This document shows positions 45,213 to 56,157 of a DNA stretch of 64,000 nucleotides, piece by piece (the first letter of the stretch is position 1; each line of letters begins with the position of its first letter). The DNA is taken from assembly GCA_902786595.1 (NCBI GenBank), contig CADADB010000001.1, positions 3,172-67,171 on the forward strand. The letters run 5' to 3'. This DNA is from an uncultured Bacteroidota bacterium. Lineage in GTDB: Bacteria > Bacteroidota > Bacteroidia > Bacteroidales > WCHB1-69. Below the pieces are notes generated by a model. That model searched no databases and had not been told where the DNA came from. It saw nothing but the letters and a program-made list of their open reading frames with translations. The position numbers were made by a program, and so were the translations under genes.

Positions 45213-45716
45213 ATGAAGAAAATACTCACAATACTTATGATTGCGGTGTGCTGTATCACCGCAGGATATGCCCAGAAGGCGAAATTCGGGCATGTTGATT
45301 ACGGTGCAGTCATGAAAGAGATGCCTGGCATAGATACCGCGCAACAGGCCCTGGTGGCATACCAGCAGGAGTTGGAAGCTGTGGGGCAGCAAATGGCCGA
45401 AGAGTTTAAGACCAAACAGGCGGAATATGCCAATCTGGCCAACACCACCACCTCTTCTGCTATCTTGAAAGTGAAGGAAGACGAGCTGATGAAACTCTAC
45501 ACCCGGCTTCAGGATTTTGTCTCTTCCAGCGAGATGGACATTCAGAACAAGCAGGTTGAACTCCTTAAACCTTTTCAGGACAAACTGATGGATGCCATCA
45601 AGAAAGTGGCTGAGAACGGTAAATACACCTATATCTTTGATGTTACCATGTGCGCGTTCCACACGGATACCGAAGATATCACGGCTGCAGTGAAAAAGGA
45701 ATTAGGCATCAAATAA
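45213..45716 (+). CDS. ompH: OmpH/Skp-family periplasmic chaperone, copy 3
   Basis: I trimmed the GTG at 45204 to the ATG at 45213 (MKKILTILMIAVCC...). It contains KFGHVDYGAVM and ...YTYIFD. Confidence 0.75.
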   Translation: MKKILTILMIAVCCITAGYAQKAKFGHVDYGAVMKEMPGIDTAQQALVAYQQELEAVGQQMAEEFKTKQAEYANLANTTTSSAILKVKEDELMKLYTRLQDFVSSSEMDIQNKQVELLKPFQDKLMDAIKKVAENGKYTYIFDVTMCAFHTDTEDITAAVKKELGIK

Positions 45717-45743
45717 TTGATATGTAAATATAATTAGTATTGT

Positions 45744-45771
45744 GTAGAGACGTTTCATGAAACGTCTCTAC
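45744..45771. repeat. 28-nt perfect palindrome GTAGAGACGTTTCATGAAACGTCTCTAC (variant 1, third identical copy)
   Basis: It lies 28 nt after the ompH-3 stop codon. Confidence 0.9.
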
Positions 45772-45831
45772 ATTGTTTATAGGACAATGTAACGATACTC
45801 TTGAATAAACCAACAACCCCAAACTCTTACC

Positions 45832-45890
45832 TCCCACGTCCCACGTCTCACGTCTTCAATAACCCATAACCTATAACCCATAACCATTCA
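45832..45890. repeat. STR spacer: CYCACGT heptamers x3, then the TTCAATAACCCATAACCTATAACCCATAACCATT element
   Basis: It runs up to the dcp start codon. Confidence 0.85.
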
Positions 45891-47933
45891 ATGAACCCTT
45901 TAACCCAACAATGGAAAACCCATCGGCAGACCCCGCCGTTCAATGAGATAAAAACCGAACATTACCTGCCTGCATTCGAGGAAGCTATTGCTAATGCCAA
46001 GCAGGAAATAGAACAGATTGCCAACAATCCCATCGCACCGGATTTTGAGAATACGATAGTCGCGCTTGACCGTGCGGGGGAGCAACTCTCTACCGTCGCC
46101 GACCTCTTCTTCAACATCCTGGAATGCAACGGCGATGACGAGATGCACAAAGTCGCGGAAGAAGTGCAGCCCTTATTGGTGCAGTACGAGAACGAGGTGT
46201 ATCAACACCCCGGATTGTTCGCCCGGGTCAAGGCGGTGCATGACCGTCAGAAGCAGGATGCTTTCCTGACAGGTGCGGACAAGATTCTGTTGGACAGGAC
46301 GTACGATGCTTTCGTGTCGGGCGGTGCAAATTTGCCGGAGGAGCAGAAAAAGCGTTTCGCCGAATTGAGTTTGGAACTGGCCAACCGGCAGTTGGATTTC
46401 GGTCAGCGGGCGCTGAAGGCCACCAACGCCTGGTTCGTGCATCTCGAAAAGCAATCACCGAGACTTGCAGGCATCCCCGAAAGTGCCCTTGCTCTTGCCG
46501 CACAAAAAGCCGCCGACAAGGGGTTGGAGGGCTATGTCTTCGACCTTTCCGCGCCCGACGTGAACACGGTGCTGACATACGCCGATGACCGTTCTCTGCG
46601 CGAGGAAGTCTATATGCATTCCAGCAAGAAGGCGTACGGCGGGGAGTTTGACAATTGCGACAACATCAAAGCCATTCTGAAATGCCGTGAGGAAATCGCG
46701 CATTTGCTTGGATATAAGCATTATGCAGACTATGCTTTGCGAAATCGAATGGCAAAAGACTTAGCGCATGTCTATAAACTTCTTGACGAATTGAAAGTCG
46801 CCGCCTTGCCGGCCGCGAAACGGGAAATCGAAGAGCTGAGGCAATTTGCTCAAAAACAAGGATTTAACGATACATTCCAGCGTTGGGATTTGAGTTACTA
46901 TATGGAAAAACTCCGTCAGGAAAAATTCCAGTTAGAGACAGAGAAATTGAAGGTTTATTTTCCGCTGAATCAGGTGATTGACGGTGTTTTCGGATTAGCC
47001 ACCACGCTATATGACCTGCGTTTCGTGAAAACGGAAGATATTCAGCCGTATTATCCTGATGTTCAGGTGTATGAGGTGTATCGTGGCGAACAGTTCATGT
47101 CGGTGCTGTATTTGGATTTCCACCCGCGCAGCACGAAACGCAGCGGCGCGTGGATGACGGAGTTCCGCGACCAGCACGAAGACGCCAACGGAAACGATAT
47201 CCGCCCGTGGGTAAGCTTGGTGATGAATTTCACGCCGCCGACGAAAGAGCAACCCTCCCTGCTGACCGTTGATGAAGTCAATACGTTCCTGCATGAATTC
47301 GGGCACGCGCTGAACGGTATGTTGTCGGAGGTGAAATACGCCACCCTTTCTGGCACGCATTCGCCCCGCGACTTCGTGGAACTGCCTTCACAGCTAAACG
47401 AGAATTGGCTCACAGAACCAGAGTTTCTGCACACGTTCGCCCGCCACTATCAGACCGGCGAGCTGATTCCTGAAGAATATGTCGCGCAGCTGAAGAATAT
47501 GAACAAGTTCATGGCGGGATATTTGTGTGTACGGCAACTCTCGTTCGGCTATCTGGACATGATGTGGCATACAATGTCTGCGGATGATGTGGATGACATA
47601 CTTCGTCTGGAACGTTCCATATTTGACACGGTGGAGGTGTTGCCGGTGGTTCCCGGAGCGTGTATGAGTACTGCCTTCGGTCACCTCTTTTCCGGTGGTT
47701 ATGCGGCTGGTTATTACGGCTACAAATGGGCGGAAATGCTTGAGGCGGACGCTTTTTCGCTTTTCAAGGAGAATGGCGTGATGAACCACGACACCGCGCA
47801 AAGGTACTTAGAAACCATTCTTTCCAAAGGCGGCTCTGTGGATGCCATGGAGATGTTTGTCAATTTCCGCGGCCGCGAACCGAAAATCGATGCCCTGTTG
47901 GAACGTGACGGTTTATTGGCTGTTGGCTGTTAG
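45891..47933 (+). CDS. dcp: M3-family peptidyl-dipeptidase (Dcp-like)
   Basis: The zinc motif is HEFGHALNG with a downstream E. Length is 680 aa. Coordinates are taken from the ORF track. My hand count of the printed lines put the ATG 1 nt later, and I could not reconcile the difference. Confidence 0.8.
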   Translation: MNPLTQQWKTHRQTPPFNEIKTEHYLPAFEEAIANAKQEIEQIANNPIAPDFENTIVALDRAGEQLSTVADLFFNILECNGDDEMHKVAEEVQPLLVQYENEVYQHPGLFARVKAVHDRQKQDAFLTGADKILLDRTYDAFVSGGANLPEEQKKRFAELSLELANRQLDFGQRALKATNAWFVHLEKQSPRLAGIPESALALAAQKAADKGLEGYVFDLSAPDVNTVLTYADDRSLREEVYMHSSKKAYGGEFDNCDNIKAILKCREEIAHLLGYKHYADYALRNRMAKDLAHVYKLLDELKVAALPAAKREIEELRQFAQKQGFNDTFQRWDLSYYMEKLRQEKFQLETEKLKVYFPLNQVIDGVFGLATTLYDLRFVKTEDIQPYYPDVQVYEVYRGEQFMSVLYLDFHPRSTKRSGAWMTEFRDQHEDANGNDIRPWVSLVMNFTPPTKEQPSLLTVDEVNTFLHEFGHALNGMLSEVKYATLSGTHSPRDFVELPSQLNENWLTEPEFLHTFARHYQTGELIPEEYVAQLKNMNKFMAGYLCVRQLSFGYLDMMWHTMSADDVDDILRLERSIFDTVEVLPVVPGACMSTAFGHLFSGGYAAGYYGYKWAEMLEADAFSLFKENGVMNHDTAQRYLETILSKGGSVDAMEMFVNFRGREPKIDALLERDGLLAVGC

Positions 47934-48067
47934 CTTTTGGCTATTGGCTTAAACAATAACTATAACTATGACTATAACTATGACTATGACTATGACTATA
48001 ACTATGCCTATTGCCTGATCACTGATCACTTTTGCCTATTGCCTTTTGCCTATTGCCTTTTGCCTAA
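47934..48067. repeat. Composite STR tract with four different repeat blocks in 134 nt
   Basis: The blocks in order are TTGGCTATTGGCT words, nine RMCTAT hexamers (47958-48011), TGATCAC x2, and TTTTGCCTATTGCC x2.5. Confidence 0.9.
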
Positions 48068-48147
48068 TCAAGAATAATCAAAAGTATGTCGGGCATTCGT
48101 GAATATTGTGTACATTTGCAGCGGTAAAATAATTTTCTTAACTTCTT

Positions 48148-48885
48148 ATGAATGAATTTGTTAGAGGTATAAAACGCGGGTTCCCCATCTGTTTGGGATA
48201 CATCCCTGTGTCTTTTACCTTTGGTTTGATAGCGGTTAAGATGGGTTTTTCGCCGTTGCAGGCGACCTTGATCTCCTTGACCAACATGGCATCCGCCGGA
48301 CAATTCGCGGGTATCCGGCTTATTGAAGGCGGGGCTCCTTATATTGAGCTGGTAATCACTACATTTGTCATCAATTTGCGATATTTTTTGATGTCGCTTT
48401 CCTTGTCACAGAAGGTAAATCCCGAGATGCCGTTCTACAAGCGGGCAATTATGGCCTATTGTATTACGGACGAGGTGTTCGCTTTGGCGGCCATGGAACC
48501 CGATGAGGTAAGTTTCCCGTTCTTTGGCGGCTTGATGATTACCCCCATTTTGGGCTGGACTTCAGGTACTTTGTTAGGTGCCATTGCCTCCAATCTGCTT
48601 TCCCCGATGATTCAGGGCTGCATGGGCATTGCCTTGTATTGCATGTTCATCGCCATCATTATCCCGCCGGCGCGGAAGAGCCGTAAGGTGGCGTTAGCTG
48701 TAGTGGTGGCTGCCGCGCTTTCTTGCATCTTCAAGTATGTGCCGGGTATCAACATGTTGTCAAAAGTCGGAGGCGGTGGCTGGGCCATCATTACCTCCGC
48801 CATTCTCGGCGCGGCCATCTGCGCCACCATCAAGGAGGTGAAACGCCGTCGCAGACGCGCCATGGCAGAAAGGAGGGCTGCATGA
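48148..48885 (+). CDS. azlC: AzlC-family branched-chain amino acid exporter subunit
   Basis: GIKRGFPICLGYIPVSFTFG...ASAGQF motifs. A TACATTTG box lies at 48111-48118. Confidence 0.8.
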   Translation: MNEFVRGIKRGFPICLGYIPVSFTFGLIAVKMGFSPLQATLISLTNMASAGQFAGIRLIEGGAPYIELVITTFVINLRYFLMSLSLSQKVNPEMPFYKRAIMAYCITDEVFALAAMEPDEVSFPFFGGLMITPILGWTSGTLLGAIASNLLSPMIQGCMGIALYCMFIAIIIPPARKSRKVALAVVVAAALSCIFKYVPGINMLSKVGGGGWAIITSAILGAAICATIKEVKRRRRRAMAERRAA

Positions 48886-49232
48886 ACTACATCATCGTCT
48901 GCATGTTCCTGATGTTCCTGACCACCTATCTGATCAGGGTAATCCCTATCGGGTTCGTCCGTAAGAAAATGGAGAACGAATGGATCCAGGATTTTATCTA
49001 TTACATTCCGTTCTGTGTGCTCTCGGCGATGACCTTTCCGGATGTGCTCTATTCGACAACCGCCACGGGCGTGGAACCGCACATCACGGTTTCTGCTGTC
49101 ATCGCCACGGCAGTGGCTGTCATCATGGCCTGGCGGAAGCGCGGTCTTGTGGCAGTGGCACTCGTGGCCGTCTTGGTGGCCATTATCGTGGAACTGGCGC
49201 TGCCGGTGCTGATGACGATGATGGCACGGTGA
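48882..49232 (+). CDS. azlD: AzlD-family small membrane protein
   Basis: I trimmed the ORF to MNYIIVCMFLMFLTTYLIRVIPI. The start overlaps the azlC stop as ATGA. Confidence 0.75.
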   Translation: MNYIIVCMFLMFLTTYLIRVIPIGFVRKKMENEWIQDFIYYIPFCVLSAMTFPDVLYSTTATGVEPHITVSAVIATAVAVIMAWRKRGLVAVALVAVLVAIIVELALPVLMTMMAR

Positions 49233-49259
49233 GGTGATGAGACGATGAAGGGAGATGAA

Positions 49260-49841
49260 TCAGCAGAGATAATACACGACAAAACCAATCACGCCTGCGA
49301 GCAATATCAGAGTAATCGGGCCGAGTTTCCGTTTCAAGGACAGGAAGAAAGCAACGGCAAACAGCCCGATGCTGAGGAAAAACTGCAACGGGTTTTCCGC
49401 ATAGGCGCCGAAAGTCTCCTTGTTGACTAACAGGACGGCAGCGGCGGCAATCAGTCCGATGACCGTCAGCTTCAGCACCGACATCACGGTCTTAACCACA
49501 GGATGGTCCTTGTATTTCAACAGGAAACGGCTGACAATCAGCATCAGCAGGAACGGCAGCAAAATCACGGAGAAGGAAGCCAAGAACGCGCCCGCCACGC
49601 CCCAAATCGGGTCGTAACCCGCGTTAACCACAGAAGTGTAGCCCGCGTAGGTGGCCACGTTGATGCCGATGGGTCCCGGCGTGATTTGGCTGGTGGCCAC
49701 AATGTCGGTAAATTCGGCCATTGTCATCCAGCCGTTCTTCTCCACCACCTCGTTCTGGATGAGGGCGATCATGGCATAGCCGCCCCCGAAGTTGAAGATG
49801 CCGATTTTGCAGAATGTATAGAACAGTTTCCAGAAAATCAT
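49260..49841 (-). CDS. chrA: Chromate transporter family protein (half-size, C-terminal partner)
   Basis: FCKIGIFNFGGGYAMIALIQNEVV... Confidence 0.8.
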   Translation of the reverse strand: MIFWKLFYTFCKIGIFNFGGGYAMIALIQNEVVEKNGWMTMAEFTDIVATSQITPGPIGINVATYAGYTSVVNAGYDPIWGVAGAFLASFSVILLPFLLMLIVSRFLLKYKDHPVVKTVMSVLKLTVIGLIAAAAVLLVNKETFGAYAENPLQFFLSIGLFAVAFFLSLKRKLGPITLILLAGVIGFVVYYLC

Positions 49842-50389
49842 GGCTGCACCTCCTTCTTTTCCAGATATTTACCATAAACAAAACCGCCAATGCCAGCCAC
49901 TAAAATCACCCAAATAGGGGAAATTCCGAGCAGCCATATCAGGAGGGCGGCGACCACGGGAATCCAGAAATTGTAAAGGGAGATTTTCGCGGTCTTGGCC
50001 ATGCGGAACACCGGTGCGGCGATGAGCGCGACCACGACAGGCCGCACGCCTTTGAAAACCGCCTCTACGACTGCATTTCCTTGCAAATAGTGTAAACCCA
50101 TCGCGAGAGCGAGAATGATCAGAATCGGCACAAGAATGTTGCCGACCAAGGAGAATATCGCTCCAGGAACGCCACGCAGCCGCCATCCCACATGCACGGC
50201 CATGTTCGCGGCAAAGATGCCGGGCATCGTCTGCGACAAGGCGATAATGTCCATGAATTCTTCGTTAGTCAGCCAGTGGTGACGGTCCACTAACTCCTTC
50301 TCCATCAGCGGAATCATAGCATAACCACCACCGAGCGTGAAAGTTCCTATCTTGAAAAAAGACCAGAAAAGCTGCAATAACGAGACCAT
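49838..50389 (-). CDS. chrA: Chromate transporter family protein (half-size, N-terminal partner)
   Basis: FFKIGTFTLGGGYAMIPLMEKELV... It overlaps the partner gene by 4 nt. Confidence 0.8.
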   Translation of the reverse strand: MVSLLQLFWSFFKIGTFTLGGGYAMIPLMEKELVDRHHWLTNEEFMDIIALSQTMPGIFAANMAVHVGWRLRGVPGAIFSLVGNILVPILIILALAMGLHYLQGNAVVEAVFKGVRPVVVALIAAPVFRMAKTAKISLYNFWIPVVAALLIWLLGISPIWVILVAGIGGFVYGKYLEKKEVQP

Positions 50390-50755
50390 TACTCTTCTTC
50401 ATTTGCGCGGCAAAGATACGATTTCCCGTGGAATCGTGGAGACTTGCCGTTGACGCGCCTTTGCATATTTTGCGTTTCTATGGCTAATTGGCCAGTCAAC
50501 GCCTCGCTTTTTCGTTATGGCTGTAGGTATCGGCAATGCGTGTTGTTTCCGTTAGAGAGGGGTGGCCAAACGGAATGGTACAATTGCTCTTCGTTTGCGT
50601 TTGCGCTTGTGGGTTGCGTTGATTCCGTCCCGTTAAATTTTAACAGTTAATTATTAAATAATATTTACAAAAAATATTTTAATTTTTCGTCTGACCGTAT
50701 CAGAAAATGTGTATCTTTGCGGCGTTAAATTTATCGTTTATCAAAACCAAAGAAA

Positions 50756-51178
50756 ATGGAAGAAATAATCAACACCAATCCTATCGCGGAAGCCCGCCGA
50801 TACGTGGCCAACGCCGAAGATGTTATTAAAAAAGCCAAATATGACCCTGAAACAAAGTCCTACTTGGACAGCAAGTACATCAAGATGGCCGGTGACACAC
50901 TGTGGAAAGGCTGCCTCATCGCCCTTGATGCGGTTTTGCATGTCCGTACTGGTAAGGGTCGACCGTCAATCGAGAAGTACAGGGAGGCTGCAAAAAAACG
51001 CGACGGAAAGCTGTTGTGGTTTATAAACCTTGGATACGACTTGATGCACTTGACGATGGGCTATGATGGAGACAGAAACAAAAAAGTCTGTGAAACGGGC
51101 TTTGAAAGAGCCAACGCCATCATCGACCATTGCGAGATGTTGCTCCCTCTTTCCTTGCGAGTCCGAGGTTCCGCTTGA
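50756..51178 (+). CDS. Hypothetical cytoplasmic helical protein
   Basis: 140 aa with a TATCTTTG box at 50712-50719. No motif I can assign with confidence. Confidence 0.5.
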   Translation: MEEIINTNPIAEARRYVANAEDVIKKAKYDPETKSYLDSKYIKMAGDTLWKGCLIALDAVLHVRTGKGRPSIEKYREAAKKRDGKLLWFINLGYDLMHLTMGYDGDRNKKVCETGFERANAIIDHCEMLLPLSLRVRGSA

Positions 51179-51316
51179 CCGGACAATACCTGTCTTTTTT
51201 GTTATTGCAGTGAGTATCGGTAACGCGTATCGTTTTAGCTCCAGCAGGATAGTGAAGCGATACAAAAAATTCGTACCTTTGCGGCATTGTTTGTGCGAAT
51301 TTATAAAACATTGAAT

Positions 51317-53449
51317 ATGAAAAGAATCACTTTGTTATTAAGCATCCTTTCCCTGATGCTTTTGGTCCCCGTTTTCGGCCAGACCATCGATTTCACCAAA
51401 CGCTATGTCATCGACAACATCCGAGGCATCGCGTGGCAACCTGGTACCGACCAGTATTCCTACATCGACGACGACCAGAACATCATACTGGTGAACGCCA
51501 AGAACGGTAAGGAGACCACATTTCTCGCTGCCGCTTCACAAAAAGCGCACGATATTTCCAGCCCTTACGGTTACGAATGGCTCGATGCCAATACCCTTTA
51601 CTTCCCCAGCAACCACAAAACCGTAAACGTGGTGAAAGGAAAAATCACTACCGCTGAGTTCGACAAAGTCGATTGGGACGATGTGATTGACCAGGATGTC
51701 AAGAACAAGGTGTTCGTCATCAAAAACGACAAAGGTGTGTTTGTGGAGAGTGCGCGGAACGGTTACAAGCCGGTGCTGCTCTGTCCCGACACGGGCAAGA
51801 ACATTGTCTTCGGCGAGTCGGTGCACCGCAGCGAGTGGGGCATCAACGAGGGACAGTACATCTCCCCGAACGGCAACTTCATCGCCTTCTACCGCATGGA
51901 CGAGAGCATGGTGGAGGATTACCCGCTTGTGAACACCGGCACGCCCATCGCGACGGTTGAGAATATAAAGTACCCGATGGCCGGCCGCACCTCCCACGTG
52001 GTGACCCTCGGCATCTTCGACGTGGCCAAATCCGCTGAGAAAGGTGCTCCTGTTTACCACTATATCCAAACCGACAAAGCCGACGGCGAGTTCCTGACCA
52101 ACGTCACTTTCTCCCCCGACGAAAAATACATCTACATTTCGCACCTCAACCGCGAACAGAACCACGCCAAACTGATTCGATACGATCTGCAAACCGGTAA
52201 GAAACTGTCCACCCTCATTGAAGAGCGTGATAACCGTTACGTGGAACCGACTCAGCGCATGATATTCATGAAAAACGGAGATTTCCTCTGGTTCAGCGAC
52301 CGCGACGGCTGGAACCATCTTTATTGGTACAGCGCTGATATGAAATTTTTTAAGAAGGTGGTGGATGGTAATTTTGACATTATCGAGTACTACGGCATGG
52401 ACAAAGACGAGAAAAATATCTATTTTACGGCGTCTTTGGAAAAACCTGTGAATCAATACGTTTGTAAAGTAAATCTCAACACGGGCATCGGCAAAAACAC
52501 GCTTACTTGTCTGGCCCACGCGGATGGTGTTCATCGTCCCGTCTTCAGCGAATCAAAGAACTATTTCATCGACTATTTCAGCAATCCGACCACGCCTCGC
52601 ACCATCTCTCTGGTAGATAATAAAGGTAAGACACTCAAGACGTTACTTACCGCGAAAAGTCCGTTTGGTGTGATGAAATTGGGCGATACCCAAATTTTCC
52701 CCATCGTGAACAAGGAGGGCGATTCACTCTGGTGTCGCATGATCACGCCTCCAAACATGGACAAGAGCAAAAAATACCCTGTGTTTATGTACGTTTACGG
52801 CGGTCCGCATTCACAATTGGTGACCAACCAGTACCTCTCTGGCGGACTCTTCCTCGAATTTATGGCGCAACAGGGCTACATCGTCTTCACGTTGGATAAC
52901 CGAGGCACGGACAATCGTGGTGCGGAATTCGAAAAGTGCATCCACCGCAACCTCGGCGTGCGCGAGGTGGAAGACCAGATGTGCGGCGTAGAATATTTGA
53001 AATCACTGCCTTACGTGGATGCCAACCGCATCGGCTTGGATGGCTGGAGCTACGGCGGTTTCATGGTGTTGTCGCTGATTACTGCGCACCCTGATGTCTT
53101 CAAGGCGGCTTCCTGTGGCGGTCCAGTGGTCAACTGGGAATGGTACGAGGTGATGTACGGCGAGCGCTACATGGACACCCCGCAAGAAAACCCTTCAGGT
53201 TACGAGAACGCCAACATTATCCCGAAAATCAAGAACGTGAAATGTCCGTTGTTGGTGATGCATGGTGCGCAGGACCACACAGTCGTGCAACAGCACACGC
53301 TGGAACTGCTCCGTCAGGCGGTCAGCGATGACATCGAGCTCGAATACTTCGTCTATACCGTCCACGACCACAACGTCATCGGACCCGAGCGCAGACACCT
53401 CTACAACAAACTGTTGCGCTTCCACAACCAGAACACCAAGGGCGAATGA
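51317..53449 (+). CDS. S9-family dipeptidyl peptidase IV-like serine peptidase
   Basis: I trimmed the ORF to the ATG at 51317 (MKRITLLLSILSLMLLVPVFGQ). The domains are a beta-propeller and an alpha/beta hydrolase with the catalytic DGWSYGG motif. A TACCTTTG box lies at 51274-51281. Confidence 0.8.
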   Translation: MKRITLLLSILSLMLLVPVFGQTIDFTKRYVIDNIRGIAWQPGTDQYSYIDDDQNIILVNAKNGKETTFLAAASQKAHDISSPYGYEWLDANTLYFPSNHKTVNVVKGKITTAEFDKVDWDDVIDQDVKNKVFVIKNDKGVFVESARNGYKPVLLCPDTGKNIVFGESVHRSEWGINEGQYISPNGNFIAFYRMDESMVEDYPLVNTGTPIATVENIKYPMAGRTSHVVTLGIFDVAKSAEKGAPVYHYIQTDKADGEFLTNVTFSPDEKYIYISHLNREQNHAKLIRYDLQTGKKLSTLIEERDNRYVEPTQRMIFMKNGDFLWFSDRDGWNHLYWYSADMKFFKKVVDGNFDIIEYYGMDKDEKNIYFTASLEKPVNQYVCKVNLNTGIGKNTLTCLAHADGVHRPVFSESKNYFIDYFSNPTTPRTISLVDNKGKTLKTLLTAKSPFGVMKLGDTQIFPIVNKEGDSLWCRMITPPNMDKSKKYPVFMYVYGGPHSQLVTNQYLSGGLFLEFMAQQGYIVFTLDNRGTDNRGAEFEKCIHRNLGVREVEDQMCGVEYLKSLPYVDANRIGLDGWSYGGFMVLSLITAHPDVFKAASCGGPVVNWEWYEVMYGERYMDTPQENPSGYENANIIPKIKNVKCPLLVMHGAQDHTVVQQHTLELLRQAVSDDIELEYFVYTVHDHNVIGPERRHLYNKLLRFHNQNTKGE

Positions 53450-54024
53450 AACGACTGTTTATCGCCACACCGATAATCACGCTTTCGGCGGAGATCCAAA
53501 AAATCTCTGCCGATTTGCGTTTTCGTCTGCGCCACGACGACATCGTTTGGGTGAAAGGGGAGGTGCAGCATCTGACAATGCGGTTTTTGGGTGCGACCCC
53601 TCCGCAGCTTGAGGCCGGCACGCGAAGGGCGCTTGCGGACGTATGTGCCCATAATGCACCGTTCACGCTAACAATCAACAAGATAGGAGTCTTTGGCAGT
53701 CATTATCATCCGAAGGTGCTATGGTTGGGATTCGATCATTTCGAACCCTTCAAGGCCGTGTTCGAGGATTTGGAACCGAGGTTGCAATCGCTTGGTTTTG
53801 AGCCGAATGAAGGCAATTTCGTGCCGCACATCACGCTGTGCCGAATCAAGAACCTGCATTCCAAAGACAAATTCTGGGAAAGCGTTGAAGCGGTGCAGCA
53901 GCAACCGTTTGCCCAGGAGTTGCAAATCTCATCGTTGAATCTGTATCAGAGTTTCCTGCATAAAGAAGGACCGGAATACAAGGTGATCGGAACGGGGACG
54001 ATGAAAGGCGATAAAAAGCGATGA
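53446..54024 (+). CDS. thpR: RNA 2',3'-cyclic phosphodiesterase (2H family, ThpR/LigT)
   Basis: Two HxT/S motifs are present: HLTMRFLG and HITLCR. The start overlaps the upstream stop as ATGA. Confidence 0.8.
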   Translation: MKRLFIATPIITLSAEIQKISADLRFRLRHDDIVWVKGEVQHLTMRFLGATPPQLEAGTRRALADVCAHNAPFTLTINKIGVFGSHYHPKVLWLGFDHFEPFKAVFEDLEPRLQSLGFEPNEGNFVPHITLCRIKNLHSKDKFWESVEAVQQQPFAQELQISSLNLYQSFLHKEGPEYKVIGTGTMKGDKKR

Positions 54025-54032
54025 AAAATGAT

Positions 54033-54067
54033 AAAAAAAAGAGACGCAAAATTTGCGTCTCTTTTTT
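54033..54067. terminator. Bidirectional terminator whose stem matches the REP-like palindrome arms
   Basis: A8-AGAGACGCAA-aat-TTGCGTCTCT-T5, between thpR (+) and tRNA-Gly (-). Confidence 0.8.
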
Positions 54068-54071
54068 GTTG

Positions 54072-54144
54072 AGCGGAAAACGAGACTCGAACTCGCGACC
54101 CCAACCTTGGCAAGGTTGTGCTCTACCAACTGAGCTACTTCCGC
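54072..54144 (-). tRNA. tRNA-Gly (anticodon GCC)
   Basis: GCGGAAGTAGCTCAGTTGGTAGAGCACAACCTTGCCAAGGTTGGGGTCGCGAGTTCGAGTCTCGTTTTCCGCT. The cloverleaf folds by hand, and CCA is not encoded. Confidence 0.9.
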
Positions 54145-54159
54145 TTGGGAAATCGGCGG

Positions 54160-54167
54160 CAAAAATA
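54160..54167 (-). promoter_or_regulatory. -7 promoter box TATTTTTG(CCGCC) for tRNA-Gly
   Basis: The minus strand reads GTGTATTTTTGCCGCCG, 16 nt upstream of the tRNA 5' end. This is the same spacing as at tRNA-Cys. Confidence 0.6.
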
Positions 54168-54235
54168 CACTTTTTTTGATATGATTCGACATTTGGTTGA
54201 AATTTTTTTTTGATGCTTCCTATCGGGAATTTTTT

Positions 54236-54243
54236 TATCTTTG
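54236..54243 (+). promoter_or_regulatory. -7 promoter box TATCTTTG(GCGGC) for atpDC
   Basis: It lies 40 nt upstream of the atpD ATG. Confidence 0.5.
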
Positions 54244-54261
54244 GCGGCTCAAATTTTTTAG

Positions 54262-55788
<1,527 letters not shown>

Positions 55789-55794
55789 GGGATT

Positions 55795-56031
55795 ATGAAG
55801 TTAGAGATTATCACTCCTAGCAGCACTCTGTTTTCCGGCGATGTCACGCTGGTGCAGCTCCCTGGTATCGACGGTCTGTTTGAGATCCTGAAATCCCACG
55901 CCCCGTTGGTTTCCGCTTTGAAGGAAGGCCGCGTGAAAGTGGTGGACAGTCAGAATCAAGAGCAGTTCTTCGATATCCGCGGCGGCGTGGTGGAAGTCAG
56001 CCACGACAAGATTCTGCTGCTGGCGGAGTAA
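55795..56031 (+). CDS. atpC: F0F1 ATP synthase subunit epsilon (short form)
   Basis: 78 aa. LEIITPSSTLFSGDVTLVQLPGIDGLFEIL matches the epsilon N-domain. Confidence 0.85.
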   Translation: MKLEIITPSSTLFSGDVTLVQLPGIDGLFEILKSHAPLVSALKEGRVKVVDSQNQEQFFDIRGGVVEVSHDKILLLAE

Positions 56032-56050
56032 AGGGATATAAAATATATGA

Positions 56051-56094
56051 CGTGAGACATTGGACAATAATCGCCTGATGTCTCACTTTTTTTT
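56051..56094 (+). terminator. Intrinsic terminator after atpC
   Basis: GTGAGACAT-17 nt-ATGTCTCAC followed by T9. Confidence 0.8.
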
Positions 56095-56157
56095 TCGGCG
56101 AATTAAGCGAATTAAGCGAATTTATGGGGTCTTGTAGTGCCGTGCCGTGGCGTGTCA

